Shown here: piece after piece, positions 50,138-61,043 of the stretch
Layout: each line of letters begins with the position of its first letter
Numbering within the stretch: the first letter of the stretch is position 1
Origin: Microcoleus sp.
GTDB taxonomy: Bacteria; Cyanobacteriota; Cyanobacteriia; Cyanobacteriales; Microcoleaceae
NCBI GenBank assembly: GCA_042408215.1
Contig: JAYFMW010000005.1
Coordinates: forward strand, 32,001 to 96,000
Reading direction: 5' to 3'
Length of the DNA stretch: 64,000 nucleotides
Notes under the pieces: model-generated
Seen by the model: the letters and a program-made list of their open reading frames with translations, nothing else
What the model was told of the DNA's origin: nothing
Database searches by the model: none
Translations under genes and position numbers: made by a program

Positions 50138-52738
50138 TTATACTCGAATAATCTTCAAACTCTCAATCCCCCGATCGTCCACAATTTTAACAGCAACCCG
50201 CTGATATTCGCCCATCTCAAAAGGTAACGAAACAGTTCCCTGATAAGACTCAATTAAATCCTCATCAATTTCAGCTTTTAAATTCTTAGCTAAACGCGAC
50301 CAAGCATCTTTTTCCCCAGCCATCGGGAAGAAAACCTGACGGGGGAAAATACTTCTACCATCATAATCAATATCTAACATCCAAACAGCAATTTTTTCCA
50401 CACTGCCAGACTCAATATTTCCAGTTTTTGTGTTATAATAATCAAAGCCAAAAACTTCAACTTCCCACTTATCTTTATTTTCTCCTTTCTCGATGCGACG
50501 CAGGGTAACATCTGGCTGACCAATCAACCAGAAACTCTCATTACTAGCGCGTTTTTTCTTCAAATCTTCGGTTAGTAAATCGGCGTTCATTTGCGCTTTT
50601 AATAATGTCACACCGGGCCAATTTGTTTCCTCAATATCTTTGGCTGCTTCGGGGTCAAATTGAAAGGCGGCAAAGACAATTAATTTCGGTTTTGGGACTA
50701 AAGTTTGTGCTTCTTCAATGGCTTGGGTAACTTGTCGTTGTTCTAGGGGTGCGTGTTGTGGGCCGAAGGAAATCACGACTCGTCTGGGTTGATCGTAAGT
50801 ACCACCAGTTTCTTTTACTGTATTCGCGCCAAGGTTATTTGGTTTGGTTTCGGCATCGGCATGAAGCCAACGAGTACCGGGTAAAGATTCGACTCTGGAG
50901 AATAAAATATATTGCCCGTTTTTACCACGAATCCCCGTTTTTAGCAGTTCATATCGCCATTCTGATTGCCGCAGAGTCTCGCCAGAACGGGCAATTGATT
51001 GGTCAGCAACGGGTGGATTGATAACATCATCAATTGGTTTAACTGTGGGTGCGGGTACGGCTTCGACGGTGAAGGGGCCAGTAACTCTGGCTTTGGATTT
51101 GTCTAATAATGGTTGGTCGTAAAGTGTTTCTTGGTCGGCGTATTTATTAATGGCTTGTTCGATTTCTATGCGCTTCATTCCTTCGCGAATTTCGGGATTA
51201 TTGGCGATAGATTTGAGGGTGATGTGAGGGACGGTTTTGTATTTGAAACCATCGCTTACGCCTGCTTGGGAATTTGCTAGTTGATAATAGTCAAAGGTGG
51301 CGGTCATTAACCTTTGTTTGGCTAGGGTTATTGCTACTCTTGAGGTATCGCAGGTTATCCATCTGCGTCCCCATTGTTCGGCTACGTAGGCTGTTGTACC
51401 GCTACCGCAGGTGATGTCTAGGACTAAATCGCCTGGGTCGGTGGTCATTAGGAGGCAGCGTTGAATTACTTTGATAGATGTTTGAACAACATAAACTTTT
51501 TCACTCCCAACGCTACTTCCCGAATCTGTCCAAATGTTATTGATTGGGAATGCTGGGAAATCTTGAAGATATCTAATATAGTTCAGTGTATTAGCAGAAG
51601 CTTCTATTCGATTAGCTACAATTAATTTATTAAAACCTTCACTGCCAGTTTTCCAATATCCCCTCAAAGGTTGAAATATACGACCTGATAATTCTACTGG
51701 AAAACTTCCCGGTGGTCGTTGACTTCTCATATCACTTAAGCGGTATGGCTTGACTTTATTTAAGTCGATCTCTTTTCTAGTAGCTTCATCTAAAGTCATT
51801 TTTGAACCGTCAGATAATTCCACTTTTGTATAAGCACCTGCTCCTTGACCTTCTAATGATTTTTCTATGAAAAGTTTTCTGTATTTAATTTTCTGTTTGT
51901 CTTTTGCATATAAAATAAGAAAATCACAAGTACCAGCTAATAGTTGACTTGTTGCACTACTTGTTTTAGCAACTGTTATTAAAGCAATAAAATTATTCCT
52001 TCCAAACACCTCATCCATCAATTCCCTAACATGATGCACATTCTCATCCGAAATCTGCACAAAAACACTACCACTTTCCGACAATAACTCCCTCGCCAAT
52101 AACAATCTATCTCTTAAATAAGTCAAATAAGAATGAATCCCCAATTCCCAAGTATCGCGAAATGCTTTAATCATTTCCGGTTCTTGAGTCAAATCTTCAT
52201 CTTTCCCATCTTTCACATCGCGCTTATTGACAAACGGCTGAAAATTTGAACCATATTTAATCCCATAAGGCGGATCGAAATAAATCATCTGCACTTGTCC
52301 CGCCATTCCCTCTTTTTCTAATAGGGAATTCATCACTAATAGCGAATCTCCAGCAACTAAACGGTTACTCCAATTATGCTGATGCTTGTAAAATTCGATC
52401 GCGTTTCGAATGGGGGGATTTTCTTCTGGTGTCTCAAACAGGGATAACTGCACACCCAGACTTTGATTTTGCTTGCGGACTGCTTCTATAATGCTGCGAG
52501 GATCGATGCGTTCGTGAACGTGCAATGATACAGTTGGCACTTCAAAATTAGTATGTTCCGCCTTACCCGCCCAAACTAACTGCGGATCAAGGTGCGGATC
52601 GTAGCTATAATTTTTATTATCACCATCAGGATCGGTTTCTGGCGTTACCAGTCCCACAGGTGGATTATTCACTCGTTGCTGATTTTCGTGATTATATTGA
52701 TCTATCTTTCTTTGGTCAGGTTTCTTTTGCCTTGCCAT
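50138..52738 (-). CDS. Site-specific adenine DNA methyltransferase (Type III Mod, beta class)
   Basis: IYFDPPYG (motif IV) precedes a variable TRD and VLDITCGSGTT (motif I). C-terminus VAVKIVDDRG. Confidence 0.92.
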   Translation of the reverse strand: MARQKKPDQRKIDQYNHENQQRVNNPPVGLVTPETDPDGDNKNYSYDPHLDPQLVWAGKAEHTNFEVPTVSLHVHERIDPRSIIEAVRKQNQSLGVQLSLFETPEENPPIRNAIEFYKHQHNWSNRLVAGDSLLVMNSLLEKEGMAGQVQMIYFDPPYGIKYGSNFQPFVNKRDVKDGKDEDLTQEPEMIKAFRDTWELGIHSYLTYLRDRLLLARELLSESGSVFVQISDENVHHVRELMDEVFGRNNFIALITVAKTSSATSQLLAGTCDFLILYAKDKQKIKYRKLFIEKSLEGQGAGAYTKVELSDGSKMTLDEATRKEIDLNKVKPYRLSDMRSQRPPGSFPVELSGRIFQPLRGYWKTGSEGFNKLIVANRIEASANTLNYIRYLQDFPAFPINNIWTDSGSSVGSEKVYVVQTSIKVIQRCLLMTTDPGDLVLDITCGSGTTAYVAEQWGRRWITCDTSRVAITLAKQRLMTATFDYYQLANSQAGVSDGFKYKTVPHITLKSIANNPEIREGMKRIEIEQAINKYADQETLYDQPLLDKSKARVTGPFTVEAVPAPTVKPIDDVINPPVADQSIARSGETLRQSEWRYELLKTGIRGKNGQYILFSRVESLPGTRWLHADAETKPNNLGANTVKETGGTYDQPRRVVISFGPQHAPLEQRQVTQAIEEAQTLVPKPKLIVFAAFQFDPEAAKDIEETNWPGVTLLKAQMNADLLTEDLKKKRASNESFWLIGQPDVTLRRIEKGENKDKWEVEVFGFDYYNTKTGNIESGSVEKIAVWMLDIDYDGRSIFPRQVFFPMAGEKDAWSRLAKNLKAEIDEDLIESYQGTVSLPFEMGEYQRVAVKIVDDRGIESLKIIRV

Positions 52739-53115
52739 GCGACTTCCTCTAGTCTCAAAGTCTTTATTTTACAACTTATTTGACACTTTTGCCGCATTAA
52801 GTTGGATGTTTTTTGGGGATTTCTATAACCCGCTAATATCTAGTCCGTTAAATCATTTACTATAAACGCTTATTTGTCATGAGTCAAGCGCAACGCAGTC
52901 AAGCATTGCATCGGGCGAGATGCTTCGCTTCCCTCAGCATGACAGAATTAGGTTATTCGTGCGTAAGTCCGCTCATCATTAATAAAAACTGTTTTAACCA
53001 GCCCTCCCTCCGAGAGTTGCGCTTCCACACACGATAGTCTAGCAACAGGAGTGCAGCCGCCGAAGACATCCCGCCGGAACCTCTCTACCACAGTTCTGCA
53101 AAAAAATCAAATTTC

Positions 53116-53157
53116 GTATCCTAGGATACATTTATTTAATTAATGATTGTTTACAAT
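53116..53157 (+). promoter_or_regulatory. Canonical NtcA-activated promoter
   Basis: GTA-TCCTAGGA-TAC (53116-53129), exactly 22 nt, then TACAAT (53152-53157), upstream of glnN. Confidence 0.85.
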
Positions 53158-53585
53158 CTCCAAGTGTAGATTGTGAATTTTCCATAATTCTCCCAAACCC
53201 CACATAAGTGTGTTATTTGGTAGAATGCGATTTCTCGATCGCCCAACAGTAAAAAACCCTAAGTCGTTTTGACCTGAATTCAAAGGAATCGGCACAAATT
53301 GTTTTATCTTACCAGGGTAAAAATTAGGTACTAAATCTGTGCAAAGCTGATATCATAGATATCAACTCAAGTTAGTACAAGCTCTTGTCATCTATTGTTT
53401 TGCTAATAACTGAAATCCCACCGTATCTGAGCTTTAATTACCCCTAAGAAAAGTTGTTTGAAGTAAAGACGAAGAGTCCTTATTCAAAAACCAGACAGAG
53501 GACAGTCCTCCTCACTACAAACCAGCTTTTCCTAACCCGTATCTTTTCACAACTACTCGTCCCCTAATCCCCAATAAAAATAACC

Positions 53586-55760
53586 ATGAGTGGAAACGAA
53601 TCTCGCGTTCAAGCAATTTCTCAAATCATCAACCGCAAACTGATGCCACCCCGGCCTCTCAAGCGACTAGAAGATATGTGGGCAACAGACGTCTTTACTC
53701 TGAGCAAGATGCAAGAAAGTCTGCCCAAAAGTATTTTCAAATCAGTAAAAAATACAGTTCAAACCGGCCAAAAAATCGACGAATCCGTAGCCGATGTAGT
53801 TGCAGTAGCCATGAAAGATTGGGCTATTTCCAAAGGAGCATTGTACTACGCCCACGTATTTTACCCGCTCACCAACGGCACCGCCGAAAAGCACGACGGT
53901 TTCATCTCAGTCCAAGGCGATGGCTCAGTCATCTCAGAATTTGCCGGCAAAGTTCTAGTACAAGGCGAACCCGATGGCTCCTCATTCCCCAACGGTGGCA
54001 TTCGCTCCACCGCCGCAGCTCGCGGATATACAGCCTGGGATGTCACCAGCCCAGCCTATGTAATGGAAACAGACAACGGAATGACCTTGTGCATTCCCAC
54101 TGTTTTCATATCCTGGACAGGTGAAGCCTTAGACAAGAAAACGCCGCTTTTACGTTCCATTGCGGCAATGAACAAAGCAGCAACCAGAGTTTTGAAACTA
54201 TTAGGAAATACCGAAATTGCTCCGGTAAATTCCAGTTGCGGTGCCGAACAAGAATACTTCCTGATAGATTCAAATTTTGCCAACAATCGCCCAGACTTAA
54301 TGTTAGCAGGTCGCACCCTGTTTGGCAAACCTCCAGCCAAAGGTCAGCAATTTGACGACCACTATTTTGGAGCGATTCCAGAGCGCGTTCAAGTGTTCAT
54401 GCAGGAAGTAGAAGAAAGGATGTACCGTTTGGGCATTCCTGCCAAAACCCGCCACAACGAAGTAGCTCCCGGTCAGTTTGAAATTGCACCATTTTTTGAA
54501 GCAGCAAACGTCGCCAGTGACCACCAACAATTAACCATGACAATTCTTCGTAATACTGCGAAGAAACATGGTTTTGTCTGCTTGCTGCACGAAAAGCCCT
54601 TTGCAGGCATTAACGGTTCTGGTAAGCACGTCAACTGGTCGGTTGGCAATGCTACTCAAGGAAACTTATTAGACCCAGGCGATACACCACACTCAAACGT
54701 ACAATTTCTAGTTTTCTGTGGCGCTGTGATTCGTGGAGCTCACAAATACGGACCGCTTTTGCGCGCGGTAGTTGCTACTGCTAGTAACGACCACAGATTG
54801 GGTGCTAATGAGGCTCCACCAGCGATTATGTCTGTCTATTTGGGTTCGCAATTAGAAGATGTGTTCGAGCAAATTAGTCAAGGAGAAGCTAAGGACTCTC
54901 AAGGCAGGGGAATCATGAATTTAGGGGTGGATACATTGCCTATTTTCCAGAAGGATGCCGGGGACAGAAACCGGACATCGCCTTTTGCTTTTACTGGCAA
55001 CCGTTTTGAATTTCGTGCCGTAGGTTCCGGTCAGTCTGTTGCGGGGCCGTTGGTGGCAATGAATACAATTCTGGCCGATTCTTTGGACTGGATTGCTAAC
55101 AAGTTAGAAAGCGATTTGGCTACAGGAACTGAACTCAATGCGGCCATCCAAACTGTCCTGAAAGAGGTGATGGACGAACATGGTGCGGTGGTATTTGGTG
55201 GCAATGGCTATTCTGAGGAATGGCACAAAATGGCGGTTGAGGAACGGGGTTTAGCTAACTTGCGGACTAGCGCCGATGCTTTGCCTGTTTTGAAAGAAGG
55301 ATACATTGAAGAGCTGTTTGAAAAGACAGGTGTTTTGACTCCTGTTGAATTGGAAAGTCGTTACGATGTCTATGCAGAGCAGTATTTGCTGGCAATTGAA
55401 GTCGAAGCAAAACTGGTAGTAAGCATGACAAAAACCATAATTTACCCCGCTGCGGTGAGGTATTTGTCTGATCTTTCCAGCACGATTGCTGGCTTGAAAG
55501 AGATTGGCATTGAACTGGAAAAAGAAACTGCCGAAAAAGTAGCCACGCTGGTTAAATCCATGATGGATTATGTGAGCAAGTTAACTGATGCTTTGAGCAA
55601 TCACGATTTTGCTTCGACAGAAGAGCATATGCAGTATGCTTCGCAAACAATTCGTCCTTTGATGGATGAGGTTCGCAAGTATGTGGATGCTTTGGAAGGT
55701 GAAGTGGCTGATGATTTGTGGCCACTGCCTACTTATCAGGAAATGCTGTTTGTTAAGTAA
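53586..55760 (+). CDS. glnN: Glutamine synthetase type III
   Basis: 724 aa with [69 protein letters not shown]. Confidence 0.96.
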   Translation: MSGNESRVQAISQIINRKLMPPRPLKRLEDMWATDVFTLSKMQESLPKSIFKSVKNTVQTGQKIDESVADVVAVAMKDWAISKGALYYAHVFYPLTNGTAEKHDGFISVQGDGSVISEFAGKVLVQGEPDGSSFPNGGIRSTAAARGYTAWDVTSPAYVMETDNGMTLCIPTVFISWTGEALDKKTPLLRSIAAMNKAATRVLKLLGNTEIAPVNSSCGAEQEYFLIDSNFANNRPDLMLAGRTLFGKPPAKGQQFDDHYFGAIPERVQVFMQEVEERMYRLGIPAKTRHNEVAPGQFEIAPFFEAANVASDHQQLTMTILRNTAKKHGFVCLLHEKPFAGINGSGKHVNWSVGNATQGNLLDPGDTPHSNVQFLVFCGAVIRGAHKYGPLLRAVVATASNDHRLGANEAPPAIMSVYLGSQLEDVFEQISQGEAKDSQGRGIMNLGVDTLPIFQKDAGDRNRTSPFAFTGNRFEFRAVGSGQSVAGPLVAMNTILADSLDWIANKLESDLATGTELNAAIQTVLKEVMDEHGAVVFGGNGYSEEWHKMAVEERGLANLRTSADALPVLKEGYIEELFEKTGVLTPVELESRYDVYAEQYLLAIEVEAKLVVSMTKTIIYPAAVRYLSDLSSTIAGLKEIGIELEKETAEKVATLVKSMMDYVSKLTDALSNHDFASTEEHMQYASQTIRPLMDEVRKYVDALEGEVADDLWPLPTYQEMLFVK

Positions 55761-56207
55761 TTGCAAACCTGGTTAATTTCCGGTGAGATTTGTGGGGACT
55801 TAGACTCAGCCCATTGGTGTCAACTTAACGTCAAACCCAGTCACAGAATGCTGTTTGACTATTAAGCTTAGATCCCCCCTAACCCCCCTTAGTAAGGGGG
55901 GGACAAGAGTGTTCTTAAAGTCCACCCCTACTCACACCCTACTCCGTTCTTAAGGGGGATTTAGGGGTATCGAAACTTCGATACAAATGAGAGATACAGA
56001 GGGTTTCACGTCATACCCAGATCTCCGATTTCTTTAAGAAGTCGGGGATTTAACATTAAGATTAGATGGACCTACTTAAAGTCTGATAAATGACAGTACC
56101 GCGTCCAGAACAATTTAGAGGTTGTCTGATCGGTCAGTGCCTCGGCGATGCTATAGGCTGTAGAGTTGAAGGCTATCCTCCCGAAGTTTGCCAAAATTTT
56201 GTCAGCT

Positions 56208-57487
56208 TTGACATCCTCCCCGCCCTAAAGGGCTAGGATTCCTAAACCTCACGATTTAAGTTTCTGTTTCATAGCAGAAGCCTTAACAGATTTACTCTGC
56301 TCTGGTCTTACACTCGCTCCACAGACTGACACCGCTAGTCCAGCGGCCAAAATGTTTTTACTTGCGTTGACATCCCGATCGTGGTTACAACCACAACTCG
56401 GACAAGTCCAATCACGAATATTAAGAGGCATTTTATCGACAATCTGCCCACAGGAGCTACAACGCTTGGAACTGGGAAACCATCGGTCAATTGCGACCAA
56501 TTTCCTTCCGTACCAACGACATTTGTAATCCAGTTGTCGAATCAATTCACTCCATCCGCTATCAGAAATAGCCCAGGCGAGTTTGTGATTTTTGACCAGA
56601 TTCTTAACAGCCAACGACTCAACCGCAATTGTTTGATTTTCACGTACCAATTGAGTCGTTGTTTTATGCAAGAAATCTTTGCGAGAATCCGATATTTTAA
56701 GGTGAATTTTAGCAACCTTAATTCTCGCCTTTTCTCTGTTTTTGGAACCTTTCTGTTTACGAGAAAGATTCTTTTGCGCTTTCTTCAAACGCTTTCGATG
56801 TTTCTTGAAATGCTTGGGATTAGCTATCTTGTCACCATTACTGGTCGTGAGCAAGCTCGTTATTCCCAAATCTATTCCTACAGCATTATCGCTAATGGGC
56901 AAAGGTTGAATCGTTGGAGCATCAAACCTAATCGAAATGTGCCAGCGTCCAGAGGGATGGAGACTAACCGTTACACTGCTCGGTTCACATCCTTTGGGAA
57001 TTTGTCTAGACCATTTAATCGGTAATGGCTCAGAGTTTTTGGCAAGATAAATTTCTTTATTTTTGAACTTAAAAGCCGATTTTGTAAACTCAGCACTGCC
57101 GCCATGATGTTTCTTCTTGAAGTTGGGATATTTAGTCCTGACTGCGAAGAAATTGGTGAAAGCAGTTTGAAGATGTCTAAGCCCTTGTTGCAAGGGGACA
57201 CAGCTAACCTCATTCAGAAAATCAAGATCTTCCTCTTTTTTCCATTGAGTTAACATAGAAGAAGTCTGGTTATATCCAACTCTTTCTTGTCTCTCGTACC
57301 AAGCCTGGGTTCTCTCGTGGAGAGCTTTGTTGTAAACCAATCTTACGCAGCCCAATGTGCGTCGCAATAGCGACTCTTGTTCAGGCGTTGGGTAAAATCG
57401 GTAACGGTGAGCTTTTTCCATACTTCACATACTAACATATTAAATGTAAAGCCGTCCTAAAGGACGGGGTTTCTGCCCAATTCTCTG
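56208..57487 (-). mobile_element. IS200/IS605 family (IS1341-type, tnpB-only) insertion sequence
   Basis: Right end ...CCTTTAGGGCGGGGAGGATGTCAA, left-end hairpin CCGTCCTTTAGGACGG, no tnpA. Confidence 0.88.
56249..57421 (-). CDS. tnpB: RNA-guided endonuclease TnpB
   Basis: YRFYPTPEQ, VGIDLG (RuvC-I), IAVESL (RuvC-II), CSSC/CPSC Zn finger, DRDVNA (RuvC-III). Confidence 0.95.
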   Translation of the reverse strand: MEKAHRYRFYPTPEQESLLRRTLGCVRLVYNKALHERTQAWYERQERVGYNQTSSMLTQWKKEEDLDFLNEVSCVPLQQGLRHLQTAFTNFFAVRTKYPNFKKKHHGGSAEFTKSAFKFKNKEIYLAKNSEPLPIKWSRQIPKGCEPSSVTVSLHPSGRWHISIRFDAPTIQPLPISDNAVGIDLGITSLLTTSNGDKIANPKHFKKHRKRLKKAQKNLSRKQKGSKNREKARIKVAKIHLKISDSRKDFLHKTTTQLVRENQTIAVESLAVKNLVKNHKLAWAISDSGWSELIRQLDYKCRWYGRKLVAIDRWFPSSKRCSSCGQIVDKMPLNIRDWTCPSCGCNHDRDVNASKNILAAGLAVSVCGASVRPEQSKSVKASAMKQKLKS

Positions 57488-58102
57488 ATGAGGGCTGCAC
57501 CGATCGGCTTAATATTCTACGATCGCCCGTCTCAGCTTATACAAGCTGCTTGCGATCAAGGGCGCATCACCCATCAAGATTCGCGGTGTTCTGCGGGGGC
57601 TGTGGCGATCGCCGGGGCTGTGGCGATCGCCCTTGAATCTGCAACTATTGAAACTGAGCCATTTCTGAGCCAACTGAGCGACTGGGTAGGAGAAGTTGAT
57701 TCTTCCTTTGCCGCGTTGCTGAAAGATTTGATTGAATGGGTCAAATTGCCCCCAGAATCAGCCGTAGAGTTGATTTCTAGAGCTGGACTACCGTTAAACT
57801 ACGATCGCTCTTGGCAAGGAATTTCGCCCTTTGTAGTCGGTAGCGTCTTGTGGAGTTTATATGCGTTTTTGCGATCGCCTCAAGATTACTGGGAAACTCT
57901 CTGTACTAGCATCGCCGTCGGTGGCGATGTGGATACGACCGCAGCAATGTCTTGTGCCATTAGCGGGGCATTTCTGGGCCTAGAAGCCATCCCGGAGCAA
58001 CTAACGGAACTTTTGAACGATCGAGGTACTTGGGGCCTGGGCGAACTGATTAAACTCGCTGACAATTGTTATCAGTTGAAAAGGAAGTTGTAATATCAAG
58101 TT

Positions 58103-58322
58103 AGTCATTAGTCATTAGTCATGAGTCATGAGTCATTAGTCATGAGTCATTAGTCATTAGTCATGAGTCATGAGTCATGAGTCATTAGTCATGAGTCATT
58201 GGGAATTGGGAATTGGGCATTGGGCATTGGGAATTGGGCATTGGGCATGGGTTATTGGTTATTAGTTATTGGTTGTTCGTTATTAGAACTAACAAATAAC
58301 AAATAACAACTAACTAATGACT
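58103..58322. repeat. Mixed STRR tracts (agtcatt, gggaatt/gggcatt, ggttatt)
   Basis: Visible tandem 7-mers between convergent genes. Confidence 0.9.
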
Positions 58323-58423
58323 TCTTCCTTGTTAGATACCCGACTTCTTTAAGAAGTCGGGTATCTGGGCACTGTATTTGTGTTTTCAGAATAGTCGATC
58401 GCCCTAAACTCAAATTCCCTCAA

Positions 58424-59833
58424 TCAAACGATTTGCTCCTTAGAAGGTGCTCCTGTAGTTGGAGGTTCTGCCGGTTCACCAAAAGCAATCCGCAGAAATG
58501 GCGGAGCCAAAAATGTCGTCATAATCACCATGATAATAATCGAGACTTCCAACGGTTTATCCAAAACCCCACTCGCCGAACCGATGCCGGCAAAAACTAA
58601 TCCGACTTCTCCCCTCGGAATCATCCCCACTCCGATCGCCAATCGATTAATTCCCGGCTGACCAAACACCACCCAGCCTGTTACTAGCTTGCCAAAAATC
58701 GCCACCACAATCAAGAAAGCCGCAATCAAAAGTCCCGCCCGATTATCCGGCACCGCTGGGTTCAAAACTCCCAAATCTGCCCTGGCTCCCACCGTCACAA
58801 AGAAGATGGGGACAATTAAATCGGCGATGGGTTTCACCAACTCATCTAACTCATTGCGTGTATCGCTTTCATCCAAAACCAAGCCCGCAGCAAAGGCACC
58901 CAAAATCGCTTCCAGATGGATTGCATTGCCCAGAAATGCCATGAAGTAGGCAAAAGTAAATGCCGGAATCACAATATTGCCACGAGTTTTGAGTGTCTCT
59001 ACAACCCCAGTAAAGGTTTTGTTGAAGAAACCACCCAACAGAATCGAACCGAGCAAAAAAGCAGTTGCACTGACAATCAAATAAATGACATTAACCACAT
59101 CAATTTCACCAGTTTTAGCTAAGCTAGCAACAACAGCTAGGACAATAATTCCTAGGACATCATCAATCACCGCCGCACCGACAATTATTTGACCTTCTTT
59201 AGATTTCAGTTGTCCTAATTCCGACAAAACTTTCGATGTAATGCCAATGCTAGTTGCCGTCAAAGCCGCCCCGGCAAAAATCGCTGGAATCGCCGCAGTA
59301 TGGAATAAAATCATCAAGCCCGCAGTACCGGCGGCAAAGGGAACTGCCACGCCAACACAGGCGACAACAACAGCTTGAATTCCGACTTCCTTAAGTTGTC
59401 TGAGATCCGATTCTAAGCCAATTTCAAACAACAGAATAATTACACCCAATTCAGCTAACACTGAAATGACTTCACTCTGGGATTCAAAGATACTGGTGAC
59501 GGCGGCTGGGGAGAGATGATTAATTAATTGCAAAACAGTCATAATCCCAGAGTCTGAGGCTGACAGCCCAGCTTCGGGAAAGACGATGAGGTGTAAGGCC
59601 GATACTCCGACAATTACCCCTGCGACTAATTCACCCAAAACAGGGGGGAAATCGAAGTTTTTAGCTACTTCTGCGCCTAGTTTACTGGCGAGATAAATCA
59701 CTACTAAACTAAGTAAAACTCCGCTGAGGACGATGGGAGAATATTCGGCTTCTACAGTTGCTAACAAAGGTATGGGAGCAACTAGGGATGCCATCCCAGA
59801 ACTTAAAGCTGTAATTGTATGGTTCACAAACAT
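58424..59833 (-). CDS. Cation:proton antiporter (CPA2, NhaS3-like)
   Basis: Multiple TMs; LLFEIGLE, ATSIGIT, AAVIDD, ILGAFAAG, MIPRGEV. Confidence 0.92.
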   Translation of the reverse strand: MFVNHTITALSSGMASLVAPIPLLATVEAEYSPIVLSGVLLSLVVIYLASKLGAEVAKNFDFPPVLGELVAGVIVGVSALHLIVFPEAGLSASDSGIMTVLQLINHLSPAAVTSIFESQSEVISVLAELGVIILLFEIGLESDLRQLKEVGIQAVVVACVGVAVPFAAGTAGLMILFHTAAIPAIFAGAALTATSIGITSKVLSELGQLKSKEGQIIVGAAVIDDVLGIIVLAVVASLAKTGEIDVVNVIYLIVSATAFLLGSILLGGFFNKTFTGVVETLKTRGNIVIPAFTFAYFMAFLGNAIHLEAILGAFAAGLVLDESDTRNELDELVKPIADLIVPIFFVTVGARADLGVLNPAVPDNRAGLLIAAFLIVVAIFGKLVTGWVVFGQPGINRLAIGVGMIPRGEVGLVFAGIGSASGVLDKPLEVSIIIMVIMTTFLAPPFLRIAFGEPAEPPTTGAPSKEQIV

Positions 59834-60058
59834 GAGTGAGGTGATGATAAGAACAACGATTCTACGCTGATTTCTGAGGAATTACGCTGGCGCGCAGAAA
59901 CCGGGTTTTTCACGAAAAGACCTGTTGTAGCCAGCAGATTCGGTAAAAAACCCGGTTTCTTTGGTCAGAGTGCGTAATTCCTATTTCTGTTAAATTCCCG
60001 ACTTTTTCAAGAAGTCGGGAATGTGGGGATAAGTCATAATTCGCTGAGGAAATTACTA

Positions 60059-60832
60059 TCAAGCAAAACTTGAAGAACCCAAATCTGGGGGAACATCCTG
60101 CCACCTTCCTTGACCTACTGCTTGAATTGCTTCTTTTAGCAATACATCTCCAGTATAAATCGCTCTACCCACGATCGCACTTTTGACACCAATTGGTTCC
60201 AAAGCTAACAAACTCAACAAATCTGCGATCGAACTAACGCCACCGGAAGCAATCACCGGAATCGAAATGGCCTTAGCAATTTCTCGCAAAGATTCCAAAT
60301 TCGGCCCTTCCATTGTACCATCGCGGTGAATGTCTGTATAAATAATTTCAGCAGCACCTAATTCTGCCATTTGCTGTGCTAATTCTGTTGCTAAAACTGC
60401 CGATGTTTCTAGCCAGCCTCTAGTTGCAACTTTACCATTTCTGGCATCAATGCCGACGAGAATTTGACCGGGAAATTCGGCGCACAATTCACCGACTAAT
60501 TCCGGTTTTTCGACAGCGACGGTGCCGAGAATTGCCCGCCGAACGCCTAAATTGAGGATAGCAGCAACGGAAGTGCGATCGCGCATTCCGCCTCCTACTT
60601 GACAGGGAACATCAACGGCTCTGACAATGGCTTCAATGGCTGCTTGGTTGACGGGATGACCTGCTTTGGCCCCGTCGAGGTCTACTAAATGCAGCATGGT
60701 TGCGCCTTCATTTACCCACTGTCTGGCGACTGTGACGGGGTTGTCGTTAAAAGTTTGCGACTTCGCGTAGTCTCCCTGATAGAGTCTGACGCATTTTCCA
60801 TCCAATAGGTCGATCGCTGGAATGACATTCAT
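60059..60832 (-). CDS. hisA: ProFAR isomerase
   Basis: [42 protein letters not shown]. The upstream ORF extension is STRR-derived. Confidence 0.96.
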   Translation of the reverse strand: MNVIPAIDLLDGKCVRLYQGDYAKSQTFNDNPVTVARQWVNEGATMLHLVDLDGAKAGHPVNQAAIEAIVRAVDVPCQVGGGMRDRTSVAAILNLGVRRAILGTVAVEKPELVGELCAEFPGQILVGIDARNGKVATRGWLETSAVLATELAQQMAELGAAEIIYTDIHRDGTMEGPNLESLREIAKAISIPVIASGGVSSIADLLSLLALEPIGVKSAIVGRAIYTGDVLLKEAIQAVGQGRWQDVPPDLGSSSFA

Positions 60833-60840
60833 AATTTTGT

Positions 60841-60966
60841 AATTGGGAATTGGGAATTGGGAATTGGGAATTGAGAATTGGGAATTGGGAATTGGGAATT
60901 GGGAATTGGGAATTGGGAATTGTTTCTTCCTGCTTCCTGCTTCCTGCTTCCTGCTTCCTGCTTCCT
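60841..60966. repeat. STRR tracts (aattggg; cttcctg)
   Basis: Visible tandem 7-mers. Confidence 0.9.
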
Positions 60967-61043
60967 TAGTCATTAAAATTATGAGTGACTAAAAATAAAG
61001 TCTTTACTAGGAGCCACAACACCTAAAACCATCGTACCATATT

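Larger units (their letters stand above)
56090..58093 (+). pseudogene. ADP-ribosylglycohydrolase family gene interrupted by a tnpB IS
   Basis: 5' part 56090-56207 (MTVPRPEQFRGCLIGQCLGDAIG...); 3' part 57488-58093 (MRAAPIG..ITH..GGDVDTTAAM). The TDD and GNG motifs are absent. Confidence 0.85.

Noticed and set aside
56381..57025. 214-aa plus-strand ORF
   Set aside because: Antisense shadow of tnpB.
60833..60973. N-terminal extension of hisA (QFPIPNS / KQEAGSR)
   Set aside because: STRR-derived; the conserved start is at 60832.
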